A stretch of DNA of 64,000 bases from Armatimonadota bacterium (lineage in GTDB: Bacteria; Armatimonadota; UBA5829; DTJY01): assembly GCA_025358205.1 (NCBI GenBank), contig JANYKG010000017.1, positions 2,238 to 66,237 on the forward strand, given 5' to 3'. Below the pieces are notes generated by a model. It saw only the letters and a list, made by a program, of their open reading frames with translations, was not told where the DNA came from and ran no database searches. The stretch's first letter is position 1. Each line of letters starts with the position of its first letter. Positions 1 to 10,644 of the stretch are shown here, piece after piece. A program made the translations under genes and the position numbers.

Positions 1-847
1 CCCCGGACTCGCTGGTGATGTCACTACCGCCCGTGAGTCGGTATGTATATCGTGTACTCATAGGTTTCTGAGAGCTGTTGGATACCTTGAATCCAAGGTC
101 TTGAGTCCACGGATCCATATCCTCGGTTCTTGGAAACAACACGGAATACATATCCTTGTCGTTCATGGGCAAGATCAACTCGCCGAGCAATGCCGGCTCG
201 GTGAAGAGATCATCGGCGGCCGACCAACTGCTGAGCTGTTCACCAGCGCCGACCCGCCCCCTGGCGAGGTTCAGACCCAGACATGGGGCCTTATCCGGCG
301 TGATTCCCATCGTCGCGAACGGGATGCGCCATTCGGCATACCATTCGCCTTTGCCCAGAGATGTCACCAACTCCCAGTTGCCATCCCACTTAGGGTTCTC
401 ACTTACACGACTGGGGCCTTCTACTATGCACTCTGCGTCGTACACACTGCCTGCCGCATTGGCGATGAGGTGGTAGATCTTCTCGCGCCCGTTCGTCGGG
501 TCAATTATGACCTCAATGGAGTCGTCGTTCCAGACCTCGGCATCCCGGCTTAACTTGCGGGCCGTGAGCTTGTCCATCCGTGGTTCCACGCATCGAAAGC
601 CGAAGTACAGCGCTTTGCCATCCGTCATCGCCTTAACGTAAGTCTCCGCATCGGGTTTCTTGTCGGATGCGTTTAGCGTCGCGAACCCGCCGATCTCCTT
701 CGCTCCAGCCCATGCCGGGTCGTCGAGTTTGCCATCAATGACCGGCGCTTTGTCTGTCCACGCGGCGTTGATCTGTTTCATCGGATGTTCGTTGGCGAAC
801 GCGCACTGCGCCGAAAGTAACACCGCGAAAACTAATAGTAGTCTCAT
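1..847 (-). CDS. Secreted protein with CBM9-like/DOMON sugar-binding domain (runs off the window edge, C-terminus missing)
   Basis: Manual translation from ATG at 847 (AAGGA upstream): MRLLLVFAVLLSAQCAFA signal peptide, then APVIDGKLDDPAW...ALYFGFRCVEP...WNDDSIEVIIDP...WYAEWRIPF, typical of CBM9-like domains. Not listed in the ORF track because the frame is open to base 1. Confidence 0.75.
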   Translation of the reverse strand, partial: MRLLLVFAVLLSAQCAFANEHPMKQINAAWTDKAPVIDGKLDDPAWAGAKEIGGFATLNASDKKPDAETYVKAMTDGKALYFGFRCVEPRMDKLTARKLSRDAEVWNDDSIEVIIDPTNGREKIYHLIANAAGSVYDAECIVEGPSRVSENPKWDGNWELVTSLGKGEWYAEWRIPFATMGITPDKAPCLGLNLARGRVGAGEQLSSWSAADDLFTEPALLGELILPMNDKDMYSVLFPRTEDMDPWTQDLGFKVSNSSQKPMSTRYTYRLTGGSDITSESG

Positions 848-896
848 CTGACCATCCTTATCCACATGCCTGTTGTGAAGAAAACTTGTACTCTCT

Positions 897-3800
897 TTAC
901 TCGATTTTCACCGGAAGCTTCACTGTGGTGGAGTTTCCAGCCTGGTCTATGGCTTTAACTTCCAGTGTGTGTTCGCCCGGGGTGAGAACATCGGTTTTCA
1001 CGGTGAACGACTCGAATTTGGAGTCAAAGATGCCGTCGTCCGCCGCTGCCGCCGCCCATTCGTCGGTGTCCACGCGGTACTGCACACCGGCGATTGACAC
1101 CAGGTCCTGCTGTGCGAATCCCTCGACCCGAACGCTCTTGTCCGCCTGCACAGTCAGCGTCTTCTTGAACGCCGCGATCCTCGGCTTGTGGTTGCAGACT
1201 ATGATGAGTTCGGAGATGCTTTCGCCGGTCAGCGCATCAGTCGCGTTGCTCACACTGTCCGAGCCTACGATCTTCAGCAGGTATGCGCCGTCCTTGACTT
1301 TAGTCGTATCCCATGACAAACTCGTCTGCGTTGTGCCGTTCGGTGACGGCTTGTCCGCAGGGGCGGATGGCTCAGCCGGAACTGAGGCGGCGAGGTCGCC
1401 GGGCGCCTCAGCCAGTATCTTGTCTCTTACTGCCTGTGGTATCTCCGGATGCTTGTCCAACTCCGCTGCCATCTCGGCCAGCATCTGGTCCGGGTTGCCT
1501 GCCTCTGCATCCAACGCTGCATCGGGCGGTGCAGCCGCTTCTTCGGTAGTGTCGGCTGGCGCGGTTGCATCCAGTTTCTTCTTGTCCTTTGCAGCTTTCG
1601 GTTTCTCGATCTTGTCGGCCACCTGGTCCCAGGTTGCGCCGTTATCGCCGGAGTAGTAGATCTTGTATTTCAGCGTATCTTTGTCCGGGTCGGAGCCGGT
1701 CCACTTGATGGTCTGCTTGCCCGCCCATTTCTCGCCGCCCTTTGGCGCGGTTACCGTGATCTTCGGCGCCTGGTTGGCAGGCAGGTACATCACGCTGACG
1801 TCCTTCAGCTTCGGATCAGCCCCCGCGCCGCCCGATGTGAGTGTAGCCGAATACTGCACGTAGCGTCCGGGCGGACTGGATATCTTCGTGCCGGACTCCC
1901 GATATGGTTCTGACCATGAACTCCATGACGCGTCAGGATCAGCCACTGATCCGGTTCTTGTCTTCAACACCACCGCTGCGCCGGTCGGCACGTCTGCGGT
2001 CCACTCAATGATGCCCCACTTGGAGGTCAGGCCGCAATCGTGGACCGAAGATTCGTAGGTTCCTTCGGCGCTCGCAAGGTCGGCAGTGTATACCGATCCC
2101 ACATTGCCGGTGCCTGCGTACAGTGTGCCGCCACCCACAGACATCGAGATGAACTGCAGGTCCTTGTAGTTTTCGAGTGTGGATACCTTGTCGTCCGCGT
2201 CAATCTTGAAAATGTTCGCGGCGGTCATCGCGTACACATTGCCCGCGTCGTCCGTCGTCATGCCCAGAACGCCTTTGTCCGCCTTGTCAAAGATTGCTTT
2301 GGGCGTGGCGTCTGCCGCCAGCTTGTAGATCATACCCTTGGGCGATGTGCCCGCGTAGAGGACGCCCTTTGCGCCGAATGCCAGCGATGTGACAGACTCC
2401 TCGTCCGCATCATACAGCACAGTCGTCTTGCCGTTCGCATCCACCTTGTAGATGATGCCGTTGACACCGGTGCCAACAAACAGGTTGCCGTCCTTGTCCG
2501 TCAGCAGAGCCAACGCGTGGTATTCCTGGGAGTCCAGCACGACAGATGCCTTGCCGCCCGAGTCTATCCGGTAGACCTTGCCTTTGTCGCCGGTCGCCGC
2601 GTACACTCCGCCCTTGCCGTCCGCAGCCAGTGCGGTGATGTACTTCTCGTCCGCGTCAAAGAACTTTTCCGCCTTTCCGTCGGCAGCTATTCGGTAGATG
2701 ATGCCGTTCGGTGCGGTTCCTGCAAACAGAGTTCCGCTTGAGTCCAGCGCCAGACTCTGGATTTCGAGTTCCGGCGAATCATAGACCACGGTCGTGCTTC
2801 CGTCTGCAGCGGCTTTGAGGATGATACCCTTGTTGCCGGTGCCAAGGTAGACGTTCCCCTTGCCGTCCGGTACTGCGCACCACACATACACCTGGCCGGT
2901 GTCGCAGAGTAGCTTGAGTTCAGGGCTGGTCGTCAGCAGATCAGCGGTCGTTGCGGCCGTGTTCTTGAATATGCCGGTAAGGAACTCGGTGCGGCTCGTC
3001 TGCTTCCACACGGTCGGAGTTCGTCCGACGGGTTTTTCGTTTGTGCCCGATCCGCTGTCCGGTTTCGGCGCGGTAACGGTGGTTTCATCCGGGGTCGTTG
3101 CAGCATCGTCTGCAGGCGTTGTTTTATCCGCTGTCGCAGTTGCATCCGGTGCGACAGGAATCGTTATCTCTATCGGAGCATCTGTTCCGGTATCCGCAGA
3201 CACCATCTCCGCAGAGAAGCCCGATGAGTCACCGCTATCATCTATCGGTGGTTCATCCGGTGCAGCGGTATCGGGTGAAGCCGACAATGAGCTGTCCGAC
3301 GACTTCTTGGAGCCGGTCTTCTTCTCGCTCTTGTCCGTCTTCTGCACGGTTATCGAAAGCCTTTGCGAACCGGAGATCACCCAGTCGGTGGGTGACACAG
3401 TCTTGATCTCGTCGCGCTCCACCGTCAGCGAGGTTACCTTGCTTGATTTCATTGACTCGGTTAGGGACGGCGGCAGGTTGCTGAACTTCTCGCCCGCAAT
3501 GCTGGGCACGCTTTTCGGCAGCACGATTCTCGCCACCAGATCGTTGTTCTTGTCTCGCTCCAGGAACTTCTTAATGACTTGCTGCAGGTTCTCCATGCTA
3601 GTCGAAGAGGATGTGGAGAGCGTCGGTGGGCCGCCCATTTCCTGCAACTGCTCGGAAAGCGACATCGGTGGGCGGGACAGGCTTCCGCCCATCACTTCCA
3701 GGCTCACGCGCCCGTTCGGCATGTTCATCGGAAGTGTGATGCTCATCGTTTTGGTTACCGGCTCTCCCTTGAACGGTTTCAACACCGCGCTGATCTCGAT

Positions 3801-5240
3801 GGTCTCGCCAGGCTTGTATTTTCCTTCCTTCACGAACACCTTGTCGAGTTTTGCCGTGCTGTGCTTTGGCGTCAGATTGACCACCACGTTTACGCGCTTC
3901 ACGGCAACAGGGTAGAACTGGTTAAACTGCAGCGTGGTCAGTATCTGGCCTAACTCACCGACCACCTTGGAGTCAATGGATAAGGCGTCGAAGAATGTGT
4001 TCTCTCGCTTAATCACGCCGACCTCACCCGCTGTGATCTCGAACTTCACGAGTGCGGTGCAGTCACCGGGATTGCCGCGCATCTCGAAGATCGCCTCGGA
4101 GATTGCGGCTGGGATGAAGCTCATGGCCAGCAGCGGATGGTTCACCACCTTGACTTTGAAGTCCCTTGCCGTGCCGCGCATGGTATCATTCACGCGCACT
4201 GTCACGGGTATCATGTCCGCCGGCCCCGCGCCCAGCCTTCCTGCAATCGCCCACGGTCTATCCTGGAACACCGTGCCGATTGGCTTGATGGGTGCGGCCA
4301 GCTTGGTGGATACCTCCAGGCTGGGGTAGATGTCGTACACCCAGGCCGTGCTCAGCGGCGCGTTGATGGCGCCTATTCCGTTCATCATCGGGTTGGAGAA
4401 CATTGGGTGGCCGAACGCCAGTATCCGGTCTCCGCGCCTGTACGTTACCGTGCCAACGCCGGTCATGTCCACGTCACCGGTCACAAACGAACAGCCGACC
4501 GACGAGCCTGCCTGCACATCTACGCTCAGTTTCAACTTGTCTGAGGCAACACCGGGTCCTGCCACCGGACGGATGTTCAGCGGCTTCAGGGATTCGCGGA
4601 GGCTTGTCATCACCCGCTCCGACATACCGCTTACCATCAGCGGTGTGGAAAGCGGACGGAAGATCATGGTGTCCTTGTCAGCGCTGACAGGCATCGAACC
4701 GTCGTCAATCGCGACTTTGGAGTAGGAATGCCCGTTTGCCGCGATAGGTTCATCCAGGTTCATCGTGCTGAGCGGATAGAATGAAGACGGCTTGGATGGT
4801 AGGGTAGGGTCCCACGCGTCCAGCATGAACTCAATGGGCGTCACCATGCCGATCGGTTCCTTGCCGAACGGGTAACCGAACGCGAACGCGCCTGCCACCT
4901 TGCCGTTCAGGTAGATGGGGCTGCCGCTCATGCCTTCAATCAAGTTCGCGCCCCGCTTTGTCATGGGGCCGCCGTTCAGTTTCACCAGTATCAGGTCGTT
5001 CCCGAAGTACGCTTTCTTCAGGACGCCCAGTACCGTGACCCCGAACTTCTCCGGTTTCGTGCCGAGGAACACACTCAGGCCGTAGCCCTTCATCCCCGCT
5101 TTCACGTCCTTAATAAGCGTGATGTTCTTCAGGTCGGCAGGGTCTAGCCTTGACTTTGTGGTGGATTCGGACCACGCAGGTCGGACTGCCGAGATTAGAA
5201 CTGCGAGCATGATAGCGATCCGGAGTCGCTGGTAATACAT
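897..5240 (-). CDS. Secreted SpoIVB/peptidase S55-domain protein fused to beta-propeller repeats and a C-terminal Ig/FN3-like region
   Basis: 1448-aa ORF; signal peptide; S55 motif IEGMSGSPIYLNGKVAGA; AFGHPM; S/T/D/P-rich linker; repeated ALxxDxxGxLYAGTxxxGxIYKI blades; C-terminal GEHTLEVKAIDQAGN. Confidence 0.8.
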   Translation of the reverse strand: MYYQRLRIAIMLAVLISAVRPAWSESTTKSRLDPADLKNITLIKDVKAGMKGYGLSVFLGTKPEKFGVTVLGVLKKAYFGNDLILVKLNGGPMTKRGANLIEGMSGSPIYLNGKVAGAFAFGYPFGKEPIGMVTPIEFMLDAWDPTLPSKPSSFYPLSTMNLDEPIAANGHSYSKVAIDDGSMPVSADKDTMIFRPLSTPLMVSGMSERVMTSLRESLKPLNIRPVAGPGVASDKLKLSVDVQAGSSVGCSFVTGDVDMTGVGTVTYRRGDRILAFGHPMFSNPMMNGIGAINAPLSTAWVYDIYPSLEVSTKLAAPIKPIGTVFQDRPWAIAGRLGAGPADMIPVTVRVNDTMRGTARDFKVKVVNHPLLAMSFIPAAISEAIFEMRGNPGDCTALVKFEITAGEVGVIKRENTFFDALSIDSKVVGELGQILTTLQFNQFYPVAVKRVNVVVNLTPKHSTAKLDKVFVKEGKYKPGETIEISAVLKPFKGEPVTKTMSITLPMNMPNGRVSLEVMGGSLSRPPMSLSEQLQEMGGPPTLSTSSSTSMENLQQVIKKFLERDKNNDLVARIVLPKSVPSIAGEKFSNLPPSLTESMKSSKVTSLTVERDEIKTVSPTDWVISGSQRLSITVQKTDKSEKKTGSKKSSDSSLSASPDTAAPDEPPIDDSGDSSGFSAEMVSADTGTDAPIEITIPVAPDATATADKTTPADDAATTPDETTVTAPKPDSGSGTNEKPVGRTPTVWKQTSRTEFLTGIFKNTAATTADLLTTSPELKLLCDTGQVYVWCAVPDGKGNVYLGTGNKGIILKAAADGSTTVVYDSPELEIQSLALDSSGTLFAGTAPNGIIYRIAADGKAEKFFDADEKYITALAADGKGGVYAATGDKGKVYRIDSGGKASVVLDSQEYHALALLTDKDGNLFVGTGVNGIIYKVDANGKTTVLYDADEESVTSLAFGAKGVLYAGTSPKGMIYKLAADATPKAIFDKADKGVLGMTTDDAGNVYAMTAANIFKIDADDKVSTLENYKDLQFISMSVGGGTLYAGTGNVGSVYTADLASAEGTYESSVHDCGLTSKWGIIEWTADVPTGAAVVLKTRTGSVADPDASWSSWSEPYRESGTKISSPPGRYVQYSATLTSGGAGADPKLKDVSVMYLPANQAPKITVTAPKGGEKWAGKQTIKWTGSDPDKDTLKYKIYYSGDNGATWDQVADKIEKPKAAKDKKKLDATAPADTTEEAAAPPDAALDAEAGNPDQMLAEMAAELDKHPEIPQAVRDKILAEAPGDLAASVPAEPSAPADKPSPNGTTQTSLSWDTTKVKDGAYLLKIVGSDSVSNATDALTGESISELIIVCNHKPRIAAFKKTLTVQADKSVRVEGFAQQDLVSIAGVQYRVDTDEWAAAAADDGIFDSKFESFTVKTDVLTPGEHTLEVKAIDQAGNSTTVKLPVKIE

Positions 5241-5386
5241 CAATGAAGCCCCTTTCAGATCGTGGCACGATGGTCAGCAGAATCCTTCCACATTATTCCA
5301 TCACAAACTTATATCACCAGACTGTGATAGGTGTCAAGGCATTTTGGGTATTTGGGCAGAAAGGTTTGCAGAATCTGAGGTTCTAA

Positions 5387-5524
5387 CTTGGAGTGCGGTC
5401 GCGCAGTCAAAGACGAAGCTGCCGCTTTTCCCTCCGCAGATGCTTGTCTCTGCGGAATCTCTGAAAGCTTCGTATTCAGGATCCAAAGCGAAAGCTCCAT
5501 TGCATTCCGCGTTCGCACTCCAAG
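5387..5524. repeat. Dispersed palindromic MITE/REP-like element, family C (TTGGAGTGCG...CGCACTCCAA)
   Basis: 11-bp perfect terminal IR CTTGGAGTGCG / CGCACTCCAAG; internal CGCTTT...AAAGCG; related copies at 30744-30860 and 60276-60400. Confidence 0.7.
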
Positions 5525-5668
5525 GCAAAGGGGTGTCCGGTTTCCCGAACTCCATTAACATCATACTTATGGCCCAACCTACTGACCTACTTCCCCCAGC
5601 TCTTGAAGAATAATCGTCATTGCCTTATCATTGTTCCCGCGCGGGAATGCCGTGCGGTTGGAGGGGCA

Positions 5669-8600
5669 ATGAAAACCACCAGAATACTCATCCTGTCGTT
5701 ATTCGCCATCATCGCGGCTGCCGGCGCTGAGGTCTGCGCGGCTAGTCTTGCGGCTCAGTTCAAGAACCCGGATGCGGAGTTCCGCCCAGTTCCGTTCTTT
5801 TCGCTGAACGACGACCTGAAGGCGGATGAGCTTGCCTCTCAGATCAAGGATATGCACTCACACGGCTACGGTGGGGCGTTCTTCCATGCGCGAGCTGGTC
5901 TGATCACCCCATACATGGGCGAGGACTGGCTGAACTGCATCGCGCGCGGCGTCAAGGAGTCGAAGGGGGTCGGCAACTACGCCTGGCTCTACGATGAGGA
6001 CCGCTGGCCGAGCGGGTATGCGAGCGGCATGGTTCCCGCGAAGGGCCTGGATTATCGCGCCAAGTCGCTGGGCATAGTTGAGTTCGACGTAAACAATGAT
6101 ACCAAGATCGAACAGAAAGACGGCCAACTGGTCATCAACGGGCTGGACAACGTGCTCGCCTTATTCTCTTGCAGGAAGGAAGGCATGGGGTTCAAGGACA
6201 TCAAGCGCATCACGCTGACTCCCACGATGGGTCTGCCCACGGGCGCGCACATTATGATGTTTCGGAAGATCGTCGCGGCTGACAGCGCCGGGTTCAACGG
6301 ATTCAGCTACGTGGATGTGCTTGAGCCAAAAGTCATCAAGGCGTTCATTGACACTACCTACGAGCCGTACTACAAGAAGCTCGGGGCCGATTTCGGCAAG
6401 GCGATACCAGGGATATTCACGGATGAGCCGAACATCTCGCCGACCGCATGGACCGAAAGCCTGCCGGACAAGTTTCGCGCCAGATACGGATATGATATCC
6501 TCGACTTCCTGCCGGCGCTCTACTACGAAATAGGTGACTGGCAGCGGATACGATACGACTACCGAAGCCTAACGTGCGACATGTACGTGGAGGCCTACTC
6601 CAAGCAGCTCTACGACTGGTGCGAGCAGCATAAGATTCAGTTCACCGGCCACTACCTGGCAGAGGACAGCCTGCACAGCCAACTCCAGAGGGACGGCGCG
6701 GTTATGCCGCACTACGAGTACGAGCAGATGCCGGGCATAGACCATCTCTTCCTTAAGCTTGGCGAGGTTGTGCTGATCAAGCAGGTCAGCAGCGCGGCGA
6801 ACCAGTTGGGGCGCAAGCGGGTACTTTCAGAGACGTACGGCGGCTCCGGCTGGAATATGAGCTTCGCGGACATGCGGTGGATAGCGAACTGGCAACTGGC
6901 GCTAGGCGTGAACTTCATGAACCCGCATCTGTGCCATTACTCGCTTCGGGGAAATCGCAAGCGCGACTGGCCGCCTTCCATCTACTTCCAGCAGCCCTAC
7001 TGGAAATACTATGACAACGTGAACGACTACACCGCGCGCGTTTCCATGATGCTGACCCAGGGCGACTTCATCGCCGATGTGCTGGTCATCCATCCCATAG
7101 CCGGCGCTTGGAGTACGTTCAGTACACTGGACTCATCAAGGGAAGCTACCATCAATCGGCAGTTTGCCACCATCAGCAGCATCCTTCCGACAATCCATCG
7201 GGAGTTCGAGTACGGCGACGAGAAGCTGATGGCGAAATATGCCAAGGTCAGCGGTAAAGACTTCATCGTCGGCAAGATGACGTACAAGACGGTTCTCGTT
7301 CCTTCGACGGTCACGCTTTCCGGCACCACGCTGAAGCTGCTAAAGGAGTTCACGGCGGCGGGCGGCGCTGTCATCGCCGTGCGTCCGACTCCTACGCGAC
7401 TGGACGGCATGGAGTCGCCCGATATCCAGTCGTTCTTCGCAAGCAATACGCCGAATGTGGTCGTCATTGATGATACCAGGAGTGAGATCGAGACGGCGTT
7501 GGACAAGGCATCACCAAAGGGCATCACAGTCAAGGATGCTATCGGCATGGAACAGCCGAATATCGTATGCCATCGCCGCCAGGACGGGAATCGGCAGATC
7601 ATCTTCCTTGCGAATACAAATCGCACCGAGTCTTATCTTGTCACCGTTGGGATCAACACGACGGGCAAGGTCGAGAGCTGGAACCTTGAGACCGGCGCAG
7701 TGGGCAATGCCGCCGCTCGTGCTGAAGGCTCGGGGACCGCCGTTGACCTGCGAATACCCGGCGGGGGATCGAAGCTTCTCGTCGTTGATAGCTCCCAGAA
7801 GCTCGTTCCCGCCAAGATGCCGGACCCAACCATGGCATACTCGGTGGAGTTGTCGAATGCGTGGCAGGTGAAGCGTCACAGCCCGAACGCGCTCACTCTC
7901 GACTACTGCCGGTATCGCATTGGCGAGGGTGAGTGGAAAGGCCCCGTGCCGGTCTATCAGGTGCAGCAGGAGATGGGCGGTCAGCCGGACGGCACGTCGG
8001 TTACTCTGAGTTTCACTTTCAACATGGGCTTCGCTCCGACCAAGGCGCCGCTCTATCTGGTGACGGAGAAGCCTGATATCTACACGGTATTGGTGAACGG
8101 CCAGCCCGTTTCGTCCAAAGACGTCGGTTGGTGGGTGGATAAGTCGTTCCGCAAATTGGACATCGGCAAGGCGGTCCGCACCGGTGACAACACTATCGAG
8201 ATGACCTGCAAGTTCGTCAATCCTACAAAGCCCAGCACAGCTATCTTCATCAAGAATGGTGTCGAGATCGAGAACGTCTACATCGTCGGCGACTTCGCGG
8301 TTGAGGCTGCCTCATCCAAGCCTGACGGTCCGGCGGAAACCACCGTTCTGACTGGGCCGTTCAAGCTCACGCCGGAGAATCCCGTTCCGATCATTGGCGA
8401 CCTGACCACCGCCGGGTATCCGTTCTTCGCGGGCGATATGGAGCTGTATCAGGATGTGAATGTACCCTTCATGCCGGAAGGGCGGATATACCTGGAGTTC
8501 GAGGGCCTGAATGCCATCGTAGCGCGCGTGTATGTGAACGGAAAAGACGCAGGCACTGTGTTCTGGCCGCCGTATCGGACCGAGGTCACGTCGGTTCTGG

Positions 8601-8794
8601 AGAAGGGGAGCAATACCATACAGGTGGTACTCTCCAACAGTCTGCGGAACCTGCTCGGGCCTCTGCATCACAAGCAGGGCGAGCTGACCGCCGCCAGTCC
8701 GCGCTCATTTGTTGACGGCGCCAACTGGACGGAGACTTATCAGGTCGTGAAGCAGGGGATACCGGGTACAGCCAAGCTGGTTTGGGAGGAGTAG
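5669..8794 (+). CDS. Secreted glycoside hydrolase, GH106 (alpha-L-rhamnosidase-like)/GH2-associated type
   Basis: ATG at 5669 after GGAGG; signal peptide; RPVPFFSLN, WLYDEDRWPSG, GIFTDEP, PGIDHL, RVLSETYG and GVNFMNPH motifs; C-terminal beta-sandwich ending SLRNLLGPLH. Confidence 0.75.
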   Translation: MKTTRILILSLFAIIAAAGAEVCAASLAAQFKNPDAEFRPVPFFSLNDDLKADELASQIKDMHSHGYGGAFFHARAGLITPYMGEDWLNCIARGVKESKGVGNYAWLYDEDRWPSGYASGMVPAKGLDYRAKSLGIVEFDVNNDTKIEQKDGQLVINGLDNVLALFSCRKEGMGFKDIKRITLTPTMGLPTGAHIMMFRKIVAADSAGFNGFSYVDVLEPKVIKAFIDTTYEPYYKKLGADFGKAIPGIFTDEPNISPTAWTESLPDKFRARYGYDILDFLPALYYEIGDWQRIRYDYRSLTCDMYVEAYSKQLYDWCEQHKIQFTGHYLAEDSLHSQLQRDGAVMPHYEYEQMPGIDHLFLKLGEVVLIKQVSSAANQLGRKRVLSETYGGSGWNMSFADMRWIANWQLALGVNFMNPHLCHYSLRGNRKRDWPPSIYFQQPYWKYYDNVNDYTARVSMMLTQGDFIADVLVIHPIAGAWSTFSTLDSSREATINRQFATISSILPTIHREFEYGDEKLMAKYAKVSGKDFIVGKMTYKTVLVPSTVTLSGTTLKLLKEFTAAGGAVIAVRPTPTRLDGMESPDIQSFFASNTPNVVVIDDTRSEIETALDKASPKGITVKDAIGMEQPNIVCHRRQDGNRQIIFLANTNRTESYLVTVGINTTGKVESWNLETGAVGNAAARAEGSGTAVDLRIPGGGSKLLVVDSSQKLVPAKMPDPTMAYSVELSNAWQVKRHSPNALTLDYCRYRIGEGEWKGPVPVYQVQQEMGGQPDGTSVTLSFTFNMGFAPTKAPLYLVTEKPDIYTVLVNGQPVSSKDVGWWVDKSFRKLDIGKAVRTGDNTIEMTCKFVNPTKPSTAIFIKNGVEIENVYIVGDFAVEAASSKPDGPAETTVLTGPFKLTPENPVPIIGDLTTAGYPFFAGDMELYQDVNVPFMPEGRIYLEFEGLNAIVARVYVNGKDAGTVFWPPYRTEVTSVLEKGSNTIQVVLSNSLRNLLGPLHHKQGELTAASPRSFVDGANWTETYQVVKQGIPGTAKLVWEE

Positions 8795-8813
8795 GCTAGC
8801 AGCCACTCGGAAT

Positions 8814-8884
8814 TGTAGCCGCAGGCTTCATGCCTGCGAGTTCAGAGCGCACCCGTAAAGGGTGCGACTACAGACTTTATCCGA
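8814..8884. repeat. GTAG-type REP doublet, family A
   Basis: TGTAGCCGCAGGCTTCATGCCTGCG...CGCACCCGTAAAGGGTGCGACTACA between convergent genes; near-identical copy at 39861-39931 and half copy at 19136-19172. Confidence 0.8.
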
Positions 8885-8890
8885 AGGCTG

Positions 8891-9703
8891 CTAAGGTGTC
8901 GTAGTCGGAGTTGTGTTAGATACGGGGGTGAGCGTCGGCGACTTGGCAGACTGTCCACTCGCCTTCGCTGTTCTGTCGGTGCGTCTTGTGCGGTAGTGCA
9001 GGCGTCTGGGCCGTTCCCAAGTGGTGATCTGGCTGATGACCTCCTGCTTGGTCGGCGTTCCGTTCTCGCAGGTCTGCAGAACCTTCATAGTGCGCTTGCC
9101 GGTTTGCCTGCTTCCAAGCCTGGCCATGTCGGACGGCGGCATAATGTCTACGGTTTGTGTGACGAGCGATCTGTTCAGCACGGTAATCAAGCGTTTCGCG
9201 GGGCGGATGAGGATCTGATCGCCTTCGTTAAGCAGGGCAACATCAATCAAAGGATTCAAGCCCTGAATCTTGTCCAGCGTGACATTGTACTGTTTTGCCA
9301 GATCCACAGCCCGGTCGCCGACCACTATTGTGTGTATGATCGCAGGTTCTACCGGCTCGGTCAGCGCCTGGCAAGCCTCTTTCGGTGTATTGTACACCAC
9401 GCCGGCAGCAGTCAGTCTGTGGATGATGCTTACTTTTTCTTTGAAGGTTGATTCACCAACAGCTTTTGTCCCCGGCTTGTCATAGGCGTGTCTCAGCAGG
9501 TCCAGCGTGTCTTGTGCATCGCGCCGACTGCTCAATGCAGCGGCTGTCACACCGTCCACGGTTATCGCATAGTGCCCAGCGGGTAACTCCACGACTTTGC
9601 CGCGGTGCAGGAACGGCAACAAGTAGTAAGCGGCAGCCCCCAGTCCAACCACAACTGTTAGCGCTATCAGCCACTTTGTTTTGGTGGAACGTACACTTGT
9701 CAT
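8891..9703 (-). CDS. Membrane-anchored LysM (plus G5-like) domain protein
   Basis: N-terminal TM helix; LysM HTIVVGDRAVDLAKQYNVTLDKIQGLNP...LNEGDQILI; G5-like GKRTMKVLQTCENG; overlaps the upstream gene stop. Confidence 0.7.
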   Translation of the reverse strand: MTSVRSTKTKWLIALTVVVGLGAAAYYLLPFLHRGKVVELPAGHYAITVDGVTAAALSSRRDAQDTLDLLRHAYDKPGTKAVGESTFKEKVSIIHRLTAAGVVYNTPKEACQALTEPVEPAIIHTIVVGDRAVDLAKQYNVTLDKIQGLNPLIDVALLNEGDQILIRPAKRLITVLNRSLVTQTVDIMPPSDMARLGSRQTGKRTMKVLQTCENGTPTKQEVISQITTWERPRRLHYRTRRTDRTAKASGQSAKSPTLTPVSNTTPTTTP

Positions 9704-10644
9704 CAGATTCCCTGAAGGTCGCTCACCTTCACCGGATGGTATCCGGCGGATTCAAGCTTGTTGATCAGTGATTCCAGAGTGTCGGCTGTGGCCTGGCTGC
9801 CGCAGTGCATCAGCACTATGGAGCCGTTCCTTATCCGTTCGGTAACGCGAGCTTCGATCTGAGCCGGCGTGATGCCCTTTTTCACGGCGTCCCAGCAGTC
9901 AATATCCCAGTAGATGGACCGATAGCCGAGATCGCTGAGGACTGAGAGCACGTGTTCGTTGCGGTTCCCATATGGGGCGCGGAAGAACGGCTTGGTGCTC
10001 TTGCCGGTCAGGTCTACCGCGATTCGCTCAGTTCGGTCCACCTCGTCGGCTATTTCAGCGTCACTCAGGTGAGTGAACGGCTTGTGAGAATAGGAGTGGT
10101 TGCCGATCTCGTGCCCCTCAGCGGAGATGCGTTTCGTGAGTTCCGGGTTTTTCTCCATCCACTTGCCGGTGAGAAAGAACGTCGCATGCAGACCGTGTTT
10201 TGCCAGCGTTTCCAGTATCTTCGGCACGGGCTTGGAATCCGCCCCTGCGTCGAATGTCAGCGCGATGGACGAACTGCCGGTGTCTCCACGGGCAACCTCA
10301 CCATGAGGTCCACGAAGAGTGGGGCGGTTGATCGCATCCTTGCGAACGGGTTTCTCATCGGGCTTCACAGCATCGGCCGTGTCACGCGGCTGCGCAATTG
10401 CCTGGGTATGTGCCGGATGCTCCACAGGTTGCTTGATCGTGTGATTTTGCGCATCGGCGTGTTTCCGCGCTTCAGTGTGCGGGACGTAGCCTGATGACCT
10501 GGCGCCGGGATTTCTCTGGCATGTCGCGAGGAAAGCCATCCCGGCAAATGCCGCGATAATCACGAGAAAGCCGAAGACCTTGGAAAACGGTCTCCTTGCC
10601 CTGCGTTTGCCGCCTGTGTTCCGTGACTTAGCTCTTTTCGCCAT
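9703..10644 (-). CDS. Polysaccharide/peptidoglycan deacetylase (NodB family)
   Basis: IALTFDAG, ATFFLTG, EIGNHSYSH, FRAPYG and GSIVLMH motifs; start placed at ATG 10644 (MAKRAK), followed by a TM helix. Confidence 0.85.
   Translation of the reverse strand: MAKRAKSRNTGGKRRARRPFSKVFGFLVIIAAFAGMAFLATCQRNPGARSSGYVPHTEARKHADAQNHTIKQPVEHPAHTQAIAQPRDTADAVKPDEKPVRKDAINRPTLRGPHGEVARGDTGSSSIALTFDAGADSKPVPKILETLAKHGLHATFFLTGKWMEKNPELTKRISAEGHEIGNHSYSHKPFTHLSDAEIADEVDRTERIAVDLTGKSTKPFFRAPYGNRNEHVLSVLSDLGYRSIYWDIDCWDAVKKGITPAQIEARVTERIRNGSIVLMHCGSQATADTLESLINKLESAGYHPVKVSDLQGI

Noticed and set aside
10240-10270. TFDAG instead of TFDDG as an inactive deacetylase
   Set aside because: The catalytic first Asp and the HxxxH motif are intact, and this position varies in known PdaA/PdaB-type enzymes.
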